DNA of 64,000 nucleotides from Lama glama (Eukaryota), in assembly GCA_028534125.1 (NCBI GenBank), contig CM052816.1, positions 23,128,001 to 23,192,000 of the forward strand. The letters run 5' to 3'. A model generated the notes under the pieces. It searched no databases. It saw only the letters and a list, made by a program, of their open reading frames with translations, and was not told the DNA's origin. The translations under genes and the position numbers were made by a program. Of the stretch, positions 53,497 through 64,000 are shown in pieces (the first letter of the stretch is position 1; each line of letters opens with the position of its first letter).

Positions 53497-54707
53497 ATGA
53501 GCAATATGAAGCAGCAGAGGAACCACTCCCAATTAAAAGATCAAGAGAAATCCCCTGAAAGCACGATCAAGGAAATAGACATTGATGGCCTACTTGATCA
53601 AGATTTCAAAAAAGGAGTGATAAAAGTACTGAAGGAACTAAAAGAGATAGTGTTTAGAAATATAAAATATATCAAAAATGAAATAGAAGCTATAAAGAAG
53701 AACCAAGTAGAATTAGTAAACTCATTTGCTGAGATGAGAGGTGACCTAAAGGCTGTACAAAGCAGGCTAGATAATGCAGAGGAATGAATAAGTGACCTAG
53801 AAGACAGGACAACAGAAAGCACCCAATCAGAACAGCTGAGAGAAAAACAAATAAAAAACAATGAAAACAATATAAGGGACCTATGCGATAATACAAANNN
53901 NNNNNNNNNNNNNNNNNNNNNNNNNNNNNNNNNNNNNNNNNNNNNNNNNNNNNNNNNNNNNNNNNNNNNNNNNNNNNNNNNNNNNNNNNNNNNNNNNNNN
54001 NNNNNNNNNNNNNNNNNNNNNNNNNNNNNNNNNNNNNNNNNNNNNNNNNNNNNNNNNNNNNNNNNNNNNNNNNNNNNNNNNNNNNNNNNNNNNNNNNNNN
54101 NNNNNNNNNNNNNNNNNNNNNNNNNNNNNNNNNNNNNNNNNNNNNNNNNNNNNNNNNNNNNNNNNNNNNNNNNNNNNNNNNNNNNNNNNNNNNNNNNNNN
54201 NNNNNNNNNNNNNNNNNNNNNNNNNNNNNNNNNNNNNNNNNNNNNNNNNNNNNNNNNNNNNNNNNNNNNNNNNNNNNNNNNNNNNNNNNNNNNNNNNNNN
54301 NNNNNNNNNNNNNNNNNNNNNNNNNNNNNNNNNNNNNNNNNNNNNNNNNNNNNNNNNNNNNNNNNNNNNNNNNNNNNNNNNNNNNNNNNNNNNNNNNATC
54401 AAGATGGCCAGAGTCAAGGATAAAGAAATGATCCTAAAGGCAGCAAGAGAAAAGCATAGAGTGAGTTACAAGGGAACCCCCATAAGGCTCTCAGCTGATT
54501 TCTCTACACAAACATTACAGGCCAGAAAGGAGTGGCAAGATATATTCAAAGTCCTGAATGAAAAACAGATGCAGCCTAGGATACTCTATCCAGCAAGGCT
54601 ATCCTTTAGAATAGAAGGAGAGATAAAGAACTTCCCAGACAAGCAAAAACTAAAAGTTTAGCAACACTAAACCCATGCTAAAAGAAATATTCACAGGTCT
54701 ACTCTAA
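53497..54707 (+). pseudogene. L1 ORF1p, disrupted
   Basis: MSNMKQQRNHSQLKDQEKSPE... coiled-coil region with an in-frame TGA at 53785-53787. After the gap: IKMARVKDKEMILKAAREKHRVSYKGTPIRLSADFSTQTLQARKEWQDIFKVLNEKQMQPRILYPARLSF. Frameshift near 54656, then FSNTKPMLKEIFTGLL* ending at 54707. Confidence 0.9.
53898..54397. other. Assembly gap (500 N) inside L1 ORF1
   Basis: Run of exactly 500 N between ORF1-like sequence on both sides. Confidence 1.
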
Positions 54708-54850
54708 ATAGAAAAGAAGCAGGATGCTACAAAAATGAGAAACTCATAACTGGAAAGGAGATAACTGCCATGAATTACAAATAGAATAAACACAAAATTG
54801 TAAAAGAAGACATCTAAATCATTAGCAGTGGGAGAGGGAAGCAAGGAAAG

Positions 54851-55218
54851 CCACTATGGAAAACAGTATGGAGATTCCTCAAAAGACTAGGAATAGACTT
54901 ACTGTATGACCCAGGTATCCCACTCCTGGGCATATATCCAGAAGGAACCCTACTTCAAAATGACACCTGCACCCCAGTGTTCATAGCAGCACTATTTACA
55001 ATAGCCAAGACATGGAAACAACCTAAATGTCCATGAACAGATGACTGGATAAAGAAGAGGTGGTATATTTATACAATGGAATACTATTGAACCATAAAAA
55101 TCAACAACATGATGCCATTTGCAGCAACATGGATGCTCCTGGAGAATGTTATTCTATGTGAAGTAAGCCAGAAAGAGAAAGAAAAATACCGATGAGATCG
55201 CTCATACGTGGAATCTAA
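54851..55218 (+). pseudogene. L1 ORF2p C-terminal remnant (about 120 codons, with stops)
   Basis: PLWKTVWRFLK...TCTPVFIAALFTIAKTWKQPKCP...MPFAATWM... ending GGAATCTAA. Confidence 0.9.
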
Positions 55219-57852
55219 AAAAAAACCCAAAACACAAACAAAGCATAAATACAAAACAGAAATAGACTCATAGACATAGAATATAAACTTGTGGTTGCCA
55301 AGGGGGCGGGGTGTGGGAAGGGACAGACTGGGAACTTAAGATGCAGAATAGATAAACAAGATTATACTGTGTAGCACAGGGAAATATATACAAGATCTTG
55401 TGGTAACCCATAACAAAAAAAAAAGTGACTATGAATATATACATGTTCATGTATGACTGAAAAATTGTGCTGTACACTAGAATTTGACACAACATTGTAA
55501 AATGACTATTACTCAATAAAAAAAAGTAAAAAAAGAAAAGAAAAGAAAAGCAAGTTCCTAGGAGAATAAAAATAAATGCAAGAAGTGAAAAGGACTAACA
55601 CCTTTCCTTTGAATGGCTCTTACAGCCAGAATCATTTTAAAAGAAAATCTCCTAAATGTCTGTGCTGCATTTGCATTAAACAGAGTCCTGACTGTGACTT
55701 ATGCAATTTTCAAGTTTAATCTATGACACTACCTACAGAAACGTTGCGTAAATTTATGTACCTACTGCATTTCTCAATGAAAATATGAATAGACTTCAAT
55801 TATCTATTGCTTTCTCATTTAATCAATTATTTCCTTTGGATTTTATTACAGAGATGACAATATCCACGTGTGGTGACTTTCCCGTCCTCATAAAATGCAT
55901 CTGAAACGACATATTAAACATCAAGTCTAATTCGTAGTTGCCCTGGAAAACAGGAGGACTTGACACAGCATCAGGAAAATGGGGAATCCCTGGAAGATGT
56001 AAAGCAGACAGGAACAAACTGAGATCAAAATCTAGAAGATCTGAGAACTCTGAAATCCCAAAAAAGGTGATAAAGACGATCTCAAAAAACACTCCAAATA
56101 AATAACAACAATAACTGCCCCCCAAAACAAGCAACCCTCCCAAATCCTCAAATTCAAAAGATCAATTTTTTAAGTAGATCCTAAATATAATCACAAGATT
56201 AGAGCGTAGCAGGGACTGAATGAAAACACCAGTAACAAAAGGCAGCAGAAGAACAGAGGTGGCCTGAGCCACTGACTCTTGTGTTTACCCCCGGGCCATT
56301 CTCCAGCCCCCGCCACAGCCCCTTAGGAAAGGATGTCTTTCACTTAGAAACAGTCACCATCACGTGTCCCCAGTGCCCACGCCCATCCCTACGACAATCG
56401 ATGGAGACTGGGTTACAAATCAGACATTTCTTTGACGCTTGGTGAATTAATTATTTGGGGTGACATTATTTAAATCTGTCACATTAATTGAGAAATATAG
56501 AAGGAAATATTAGGGCTTAAAAATAGGAAGTTAATCGCTAGAAAAACAGAACTCTGTAACAGGATTTTCAGGTTACCAGGAGAAGACAATAAAAGGAAAA
56601 AATAACTGATCGTTCCAGCAAAAGTGAAGAAAAGAAAAAAGGAAACATATTATGATAAACATAATTTTTAAAAATAGAAAGAATAAAGCAAGATATTATT
56701 CCTCCCAAATCTGCCATCGCACTGCTATCAATACTTCATGCATCCCCATGTCCCTCTGACTCCCAGCGTGTACAGATGAAGTTCTTAAGATGCCTCAGGA
56801 CACCAAGTCCAAAAGTCAATCCACTTAGATTCCCACAAGCTAGTTCTTAGGGGAGTGCTTCCCAGAGTAAGAACAGAAGGCCTAATTTGGGTAAGAAAAA
56901 TTAAATTTACTGTGCACCACCGTGGGCAACTGTAATTAGAATGGCACCGAACACAAACTCCCAAGTCTTGCTTGCCTTATTTCCTCGCTATGGCACCCAA
57001 GGGCGATTTGTCTCCTCTGTCTCGCCCTTCCCTTTTAGCAACGCTTCTGAAGCTGATCAGCTTCACTTTCATATTTTACTGTCCTCATTATCAGGAAGTG
57101 ACTTCATTAGAAGAAGGCTCCTCCTTCAGTCTGGGGACGCTGGAGCAAAATTTCACCCAGCCTTCCACATCAGTAAGTTTTACCTGATTTAGTCTAGCAG
57201 GAAAGAGCAGTTGAGTTAAAGTCAACCTTGCACAGCAATACTCTGTAAAGATGTGAGAAGTCTCACATAGATCTGTCTAACGTGTGCGTCTTACTAGAGA
57301 AGCAGCAGACAAGTTCTGCGGAGAGGAGCACTGAACAGCATCCATCAGGCTGTTGTTCTCCACGCGTGGCAGACCCAAACTTCTAAACCTACGAGAATAC
57401 CCCAGGCAGCCTTGGGTCTCTGAACCTTAACTGATTCGCACAGGGCATAAGGGAGGAATCAGGTTCCCTTCTGCATGGCCATGGTTCCTTTCTGACTGTT
57501 TTGTCATTGAGCAGAACAGGCAAACAACAGGGATACATTAACCATGAGATTTGCACTTACTCCAGTTTGACCAGGGTAGCAGTTGAGTAGGAGTGACCAG
57601 AAGATTTCTAGGTGTGCAGACACATAGGCTCATGTTGACCAACTGGCAATTCACTTTCTTTGCCCTTGTGCTGGTTCTTAGTCTGCATTACAAACGCAGA
57701 TTGTAGGGCATCCACAAATGCAAACTAGGTAGAAGGCATATAAACCAAGTCTTGACCCATCTTCAAGTTACTGAGTAATTTATTTGCATGCTTTTGTTTC
57801 CTCATTACAATACCCTTAGCATACGGTAGGGTTCCTGTTGTCTTGGCCATCC

Positions 57853-59285
57853 TACACAGCTTTACTGAGGTATAACTTGATTTGATTACATTTGACTGAG
57901 ACAGAACATAAAATAAACCTCAAGTAGTTTACCATTTGACACATTTTGACATAAGTACCTACCCATGCAACTATCACCTCAGTCATGATAATGAACATGT
58001 CCATTACCTCTAATAGATTCCTTGTGCCCCTTGGAAACCATCCTTTCTTCTCACAGCTCATTCTCAGTTAATCACTGATCAATTTTCCACTACAATAGAT
58101 TGTTTGCATTTTCTAGAATTTCTTATAAATGGAACCATTTAGTATATATGCTCTTTCTTCTAGTTTCTGTCTCTCATCATGATTATTTTGCGATTCATCT
58201 ATATTGTTGCAGGCATCAATGGTTTATTCCTTTTCATTGCTGAGTAGTATACTATCGTCTGAGTTTACCGCTGATTACTTTTTTCCTTTCACCTGGTGAT
58301 ACACATTTATGTTGTTCCCAGGTTTCGGCTATTACAAATAAGCTGCTTTGGACATTTGTGTACAAGTCTTTGTGTGGATGGGTGCTTTCATTTCTCTTGA
58401 GCAAATACTAAGGAGTGGAAAGGCTGGGTCATATGGTAGGTAAATATTTAACTTTTTATAACTTTTCAACCTGTTTTCTAAAAATGTTGTACCACTTTAC
58501 ATTCCTACCAGCAGTACATGACAGTTTCTATCCATCTATATCCTTGTTTAAAGTTGATATAGTCAATCTTTTAAATTTTTTGCTATGTAATGGTATCTGA
58601 ATGTGGCTTTCATGAATTTCTAAGAGCACTAGTGAAGTGGAGCACCCTTTTGTGTTGCATCTTCAGTACGTTATATATATTTTTCGGTGCAGTGTATGTT
58701 CAAATCTTTTTTGCCCATGTTCTACCACTTGTTTTCTGATTACATAGTGGTACGAGTCTTTATATCTCTAGGGTAAGAGTCTAAACATATATAATCTAAA
58801 TAAATAAATACACACACACACACACATACACACACACACACACACACACAATTTTCTCCCAGTCTTTGATTTATCTTACCATCTTTATATCATGCATTTT
58901 AAAAAGGAAAAGTTTAAATTTTGATGAAGTCTGATTATTGATTTCCTCTTTAAACTTATTTTTGTATGCTATTTTAAAATATTTGCCAAATTCAAGGTTA
59001 TTAAGATTTTCTCTTATGTTTTCTTCCAGCAGTTTTATGGTTTTAATTTACATTTAGGTCTTGGATCCATGTTAAGTTAATTTTTATGCATGGGGTAAGG
59101 AAAGGGTAGATTCTCTTTTTTGTTTGCTTTTCTTTCTTTTTTTCTTCATTTTTAAAAATTTTTGTTTTATGTTTTTTACATCTGGCTATCCAATTGTTTT
59201 TTGCCCCATTTGTTGAAAAAGATTGTCTTTTTTTCCATTGAACTGCCTTGGCTTCCTTTCAAAAAGCAATTGATTATATATATGG
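57853..59285 (-). mobile_element. Old L1 (L1MB/L1MC-like) 3' region containing (CA)n at about 58809-58850
   Basis: cagctttactgaggtataac...ttgcattttctagaatttcttataaatggaa...ttcattgctgagtagtat...ctttacattcctaccagcagt...ttgccccatttgttgaaaaagat. Confidence 0.85.
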
Positions 59286-60504
59286 TTAAAAGTTTTAGCC
59301 ATATGTTTTAGCTCTAATTATAAGCTCCCTGTGGTATGATTAGTACCCTCCTCTCTGCTTATTAACAGAATATAATTTTTTATCTCATCCTCTTTTCTCC
59401 TGTTCCTTTTTTTCCTCTCCATCTCTCTGCCATATTTACTAAACTATTACTTAATATTAAGGAAAGATAAACACATTTGTGACATGCAAAGAGTCAGCAA
59501 ATATATCACTCAAAATACATTCCTGAAAGGCATTTGAGAGATCTACTCAAACTGTACATTAAATTGAATCCCAGAAAGAGGTAGAACATAATTAAGCAGT
59601 TCAGCAAGAAAATCAATTAAATGTGTAGAGTGGAATTGCATCTTACGGGCTTTTTAGAGTCTTCGGTCAGCTTACAAAGCAAATGTTGCATAGTATCTAT
59701 TTATTCTTTAAATCTTTAAAAATTTCTCATAAAGCAAAGAATTTATGATTTTATGTAAATAAGCCCATCTTATCTCTAAATAAGCCCATCAAATCTAGTT
59801 TTCTTCCATTTTAAAAACTCTATATATTTAAACATTACTAGAACTGTTTTTAGAGACCACAGAGTATAAAAAATCATGTATATAAGAGATACATACACAC
59901 ACATATTTATATATGATATGTATGTATATCTAGGTGTGTGCATACAGTGAAATGTGTGAAGGTCATGTGAAGCAGGTCCACTACCATTGAATACAAATAA
60001 TAAAAAATTTTTAGATTGCAGAAAATTAATAACTACAGAGATGAAATGAGACATTACAAGAAAACATGAGAGACAGTAGTAGAGATGTGTCTGGTGAAAA
60101 CATGCTTTAGATCTTCTCCACAGAGAGGACAGATGTGTTGATAAACTACCAATGGCATTTATAGACAATGTTTCAAAAGTGTAACGCAAGCACCAGACAA
60201 GAGTAAAAGTATGTTTAACTTCCTACATGTCAGGGGGGAATAAAGTCCTATCTCAGCCCACTAAGAGACTGGAAAGGAAGACATAAAAGAACAAAAAATA
60301 TAGAATGCCAATTAAGTAATCAAGTGTATCAGTTACCAAAACATATGCGAATATATTAAATCCAACTACTTAAAAAGAGAGATTTTAGATTATATACGTA
60401 CAGATCATTCACTTGCTTTCTGAGTCCTGAGTCCGAAAGTGCAGCCATGAATTAATATCTTGCTATTTTAAAAAATTTGTTCAAGTCATTATGAATGTTG
60501 GGGA

Positions 60505-60605
60505 AGAGCTAGGTTAAAACCTTGTTCCCACCAATCACTAACTAGGTTACCTTGGATGAGTCTCTACCACCTTGCCTCAGTTTCCCCAAAAAGAGAATGA
60601 AGATG
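60505..60605 (+). mobile_element. MIR fragment
   Basis: ccaccaatcactaactaggttaccttggatgagtc...gcctcagtttcccc. Confidence 0.6.
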
Positions 60606-60799
60606 TTGGTACAAATCCTAGACAGCATCTGCTACACATCACCTCTTGCATCACTCAGATCTACTCAAGATTCTCATTAAGTTTATTCCATTCTGTCACT
60701 TACTCCTCAAGGTGGAAGCCAGTCACTATTTTTAAAGAAAATGCCTGCAAGATGTGGGTTAGAAGGACTGGCTGTATTATTTTCTGCAGCAGTTAGTTA

Positions 60800-63700
60800 C
60801 AACGTCACAAATAATCTCCATCACTTCCTTCTGCTGCTGCCCAAGACACATCCCTTTCACCTCGGCTAGCGCCTCTGCTAGTTCTTGGGAAACCTGGATC
60901 TTCATCTTTGAGGGGTCTGAACTGGCTCTGTGATCTGATTGCAGGTTGCTGTCGTTGTCCTGCATGACCATCACCAGGCATGGAAGAAATAAATGGCTCC
61001 CAATGAGCCCCCTGAATTCCACAAATGTTCTGCTTTATCCTAGTTACGTATCAGCAACTCTTACCTCCTCATGATGCACAAGGCTCTGTGGGGAAGGACG
61101 GAAAGAGAGATGCTCAGCCATGGACTGATCCCTGTGAAGCCAAACTGTTGACCCCTCCAGGCTGACAGTGGTCTGATTTACTCACCTTCTCTCTGAATGG
61201 CTGTTTTGTTTCTTGAGGAGTGGGGTCATACTGTAAGTGCAACAATTTTTTTTCAGTGGCTGAAATTCAGCCCTGGTAATGACTATGTTCCACCTCGGCA
61301 GCCTTGGCATTTATGCACAAACCCTTATCCCTGACACTGTGACTACTCCACCTGAAGGCTGATTTTTCAAGTACTGTGCTGCCCCAGATGTAGCCAGCCC
61401 GTCAGGAATACAGGCTATGCACCTGTACTCAGACCGCTTCCCTTCCACAGCTGATGGCCAGCGGTACCATTCAAAGCTCTGCCTACAGGAGGATTTCATC
61501 GGACTGCTGCCTTCCAGTGACAACTCTGAGTGGGATGGTAGTGTAGCAGCGATACACTGGAATTTAACCAACATGACAACCTGGACCCATCACATTCTGT
61601 CAGGAAGTCATAGGGAATCCCCCACAAAGCTGTGGGACTGGCATTAGTACAATAAAGGTGTCTCAGAGGGGAAATCTGGATCATCTTTAGCTTTCTTATC
61701 TTCCCCAGACTCCCCTTGGCCTGAACTTGAATGTGTCATTTCCATCCTATGCTTTAATTTTCAATCTTACTACTTAGTGGGTCTGACAAGATCCAGATAT
61801 GGATGGACATCTGCATTATATAATCACTTGATGCTCCAAAGTCAGACACCAAGCTTCTCTTAGGGTCCAACAGCACGCTGGGAATCACTTTTCAAATGCA
61901 GGATAGCTCTCTGTTGCAGATGGCATCATCTTGCTCCAAAAGGACAGGGTGTCTGTGCTGTGACTCTTCTCTTGGGGCTCAAAGAAAACATACCGAGTAC
62001 CCTCATTTAGAAGTCTCTAATGCCATAGGATCTGCCATGATATATGGCCCAAGTAGCAGCAGTGCTGGGAATGCAGCCCAAACTGCTGAAGAGCCACATT
62101 CAAACTGACAACCTTCCACGCTACCCAATGAATGAGTTCACGTCATTGGCCCTAATTTATTTATCTCGCTTTTGTCAGATTGGTAGGTTAAATGGGGGTG
62201 TAATGGTTACTTGGATTCTTTTACGTTTTTGAGGGCAGCACTAATCTCTGCAATGCCTCATAGGACGAGATATTCCTTCTGACTTATTACCTTGGCCAGC
62301 AAGTTCAAGAGCTTCCACTTGGCCTTTCCTCTACTTCTGGCTCTTACTCCACAGGCCAGGGAACCAGAGTGAGTGTCCTGCCAGCCACCAAGTACATCCA
62401 TGCCAATTATGTACTCAGAGACCAGGGCAATGACATATTGGTCCCACTGTGAGACAAACTCTGAGCCAAGACACTGTTTATCACCAGCCTCTGCACTTTC
62501 ACAGGGGAGCCATGGTGGTCTTCTCTTTCCTGCGTTAGAGTTATATCAGACCCTGTATCGAACTGCCCCTGGAAGTTCTGAGTATCATTCTTTCCCCAGT
62601 GAATGCATGTTGCCTGGGGAAATGGTCCTATGTCCCTAATAAAGGGGACTGGAGGAATCACACTGTAACACTGCATGGGCATTTCAGCATCTTCCCTCAA
62701 GGAAACCCAGTCTTTTCTTAAATCAATGAGAACAGGTTCACATCTGGAAACTGGGAAGAGATCATGACTTTACTATGGCTGAAGTTCTGTTTCTGCATTC
62801 TGGCGCATTCTTGATTACAGATATTAAGCAATACTGTTGTTGGCTGTCCCTCTGTCTTGACCCTAGGACCACCGTGTTCTCTAAGCCATTACCATTGGTT
62901 GAGCTCAATGGGTCAGGGTTCTCTGGTCACCTCTGACAGTGTTGCCCATCACTGGAATTACACCGATCTTGACTCTGATAATTAAGTGCTGCCAGCTGCA
63001 TTTGCTAGTCTGGAATCCTGTCATTTCCAGGAACCCAGATCCATAAGAGTATATCCTACTCTTGACCTTGCATGAAGAAGACAGACACCACTCAGCTTCT
63101 CGACGATGCTGGTTCTGCTTCACTAGCAGATTCCTGCGGGTGGAGTGGATCGAAGTTTCCTCTGAGACCTTCAGGGGAACATAGTCAACTATTTCCTGGT
63201 GTTGTACAATAAATCCATTTTGACATGGCTAATTTTCTCAGCCTTTCCTCAATAGTCATTCATGCAGCTCCGGCTTTTCTAGCTATCATTTTTTCCAACT
63301 TCAAGCACTGTATCAGCAGCTTTTTAGGACTAACTGCAGGTGTACTGGCTAGAACACTGCCCCCTAATCACAAGATACCCTCATTCAGCACCCAGTATGC
63401 TATTTCGGTCTCTGCCAATACATGTTAGCCAAGGGCGTGGGTTGTTTTTGATGAATAATCTATTTCCTCCCAAAGTAGGGCTAATAGGTCCCTGGTCGGG
63501 CCATGTTGAGACTGAATCTAGTTGATGATTTAGAGGCAATGCAGGAAGTTAGGGCAGAATTTGAGGAGAGCCAGAATCATCCTGCAAGGCATGTACTTCA
63601 CATAAGATCTTTAAATGGTCTCCAAGCAAGAAGAGGGTGCTGTCTTATAGCCACTCTTTGGAGGAGGAAGACGCTTCTGCTGGCTTAGAAGGTTCAGGGT

Positions 63701-64000
63701 AAATGTGGGCGTCTTGGTCCCAAGGACAGCCTGCTGAGTGCCCTCATCCCATATGTCAGGGTCTCCCTCCCTCTTTATCAGGGCTCTGACTTAACACAGA
63801 AGACTTCCGAGGGCTGTTAATTCAACAATCTTTGTAAGTCTGCTCGTCTGAAAACCAAGTCCTGGGGCTGAGCTTTGACACAGTCTGCTCTCTGACTGCA
63901 GGGGATGGAAGAGCCTTCAGACGATGCCAGCGTGGAGGCCTTTTGGCTTTCACACGTGGACCTGAGTTGAGAGCTAACTCATGCGACACTGTCATTTTCT
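60800..64000 (-). mobile_element. Degenerate ERVL-class endogenous retrovirus internal region (gag, protease and partial pol), continuing past the right edge
   Basis: Minus-strand motifs: gag-like ..DPDIWD near 63760; protease CIHWGKNDTQNFQGQFDTGSDITL (about 62530-62610); KAKWKLLNL and IAEISAALK (about 62230-62330); LLLGPY, ADPMALE, FWSKMMPS (about 61900-62060); LWGIPYDFLTE (about 61600); C-terminal SDPSKMKIQV...AEALAEVKG (about 60860-60920). Many stops and frameshifts. Confidence 0.85.

Larger units (their letters stand above)
52236..55545 (+). mobile_element. LINE-1 with full 5'UTR, ORF1, large ORF2 deletion, 3'UTR and A-rich tail
   Basis: Starts GGGAGAGAGAAGCAAGATGGC (YY1-type CAAGATGGC at 52248). 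CpG-rich 5'UTR to about 53496, then ORF1 homology. ORF2 C-terminus PLWKTVWRFLKRLGIDLLYDPGIPLLGIYP from 54851. AATAAA at 55515 followed by an A-rich tail. Candidate TSD AAAAGCAAG at 52217-52225 and 55546-55554. Confidence 0.95.

Noticed and set aside
1..64000. CRISPR arrays, rRNA/tRNA genes, prokaryotic defence or mobile systems
   Set aside because: No regularly spaced repeats, operon-like ORF density or structural RNA motifs. The sequence is mammalian.
60800..64000. Domesticated retroviral gag or pol gene
   Set aside because: Homology is scattered across frames with many stops. No long intact ORF is preserved.

Overview
Mammalian genomic DNA, not prokaryotic: no operons, rRNA, tRNA or CRISPR are visible. 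The only host gene is the 5' part of CHSY3 (chondroitin sulfate synthase 3) on the minus strand. It comprises coding exon 1 (27146-27953) inside a CpG-island promoter, a 2.5-kb intron 1, coding exon 2 (24376-24659) and the start of a long intron 2 that runs off the left edge. The rest is intronic or upstream DNA full of interspersed repeats (L1, L2, MIR, hAT-Charlie MER elements, ERVL/MaLR LTRs, a degenerate ERVL internal region), with two 500-N assembly gaps. The most unusual items are: (i) an L1 with a full-length 5'UTR, ORF1, poly(A) tail and candidate TSD that lacks almost all of ORF2, joined at an AG junction, whose antisense promoter would face CHSY3; (ii) an ERVL pol remnant that appears to lack its RT core and integrase core; (iii) candidate regulatory signals around the CHSY3 island. 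I see no convincing evidence of a wholly new biological system. Repeat family names come from recalled consensus sequences, repeat boundaries are approximate, and both need Dfam/RepeatMasker confirmation.
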